Assembly (NCBI GenBank): GCA_965369865.1
Contig: CBDURU010000025.1
Location: 1 to 35,309 of the forward strand
Length of the DNA: 35,309 bases
Direction: 5' to 3'
Source: an uncultured bacterium
Lineage (GTDB): Bacteria; JAJVIF01; JAPKYR01
Positions 35,156-35,309 of the stretch are shown piece after piece (the stretch's first letter is position 1; every line of letters begins with the position of its first letter). A program made the translations under genes and the position numbers. Under the pieces are notes generated by a model. It made no database searches and had not been told where the DNA came from. It was given only the letters and a program-made list of their open reading frames with translations.

Positions 35156-35201
35156 GTGCCGACCAAATCCGTGCCGACCAAATCCATGCCGACCACATAC
35201 C
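35156..35201. repeat. Tandem 15-bp repeat GTGCCGACCAAATCC (2 exact copies plus 1 degenerate)
   Basis: Copies at 35156, 35171 and 35186. Confidence 0.85.
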
Positions 35202-35309
35202 GTGGCAGTTGAAAAAGCGTCCCGCTTATACCGTAGCGCATGCATACCGTGGCCGTTGAAAAAGCGTCCCGCTTATACCGTAGCGCATGCATACCGTGGC
35301 CGTTGAAAA
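35196..35309. repeat. Tandem 47-bp repeat running off the window end
   Basis: CATACCGTGGC(A/C)GTTGAAAAAGCGTCCCGCTTATACCGTAGCGCATG at 35196 and 35243, partial at 35290. Confidence 0.92.

Noticed and set aside
35196..35309. CRISPR array
   Set aside because: The 47-bp units are identical apart from one base, so there are no unique spacers.

Overview
Bacterial genomic window, probably from an anaerobe, read without database access. Left to right it holds: (i) an unknown membrane protein with CcsA-like heme-handling motifs; (ii) a ~4 kb module with a di-myo-inositol-phosphate-type operon (ino1, IPCT/DIPPS fusion, HD/DUF4202-like protein) and a divergent MscS channel. This module is bounded by 25-bp inverted repeats and by the N-terminal and C-terminal remnants of a REP-associated tyrosine transposase (RAYT); (iii) a large secreted protein with thioester-domain-like motifs, an AT-rich membrane protein and REPIN-like hairpins; (iv) an S9 peptidase and an AhpD-like protein; (v) an 8-gene, translationally coupled redox operon (NuoE, NuoF and NuoG-like HydCBA-type module, GltD/HdrL-like flavoprotein, MvhD, degenerate HdrD, and a fused proline-dehydrogenase/sarcosine-oxidase-like alpha plus beta pair) with no hydrogenase or formate dehydrogenase catalytic subunit; (vi) a lipoprotein with seven SBBP repeats; (vii) an M56 peptidase and a BlaI/CopY repressor heading a Cus-like Cu/Ag RND operon (HMBD protein, two TolC, MFP, CusA). 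Several short tandem repeats lie just after gene ends. No rRNA, tRNA or CRISPR array was seen. All family assignments come from motif recognition only.
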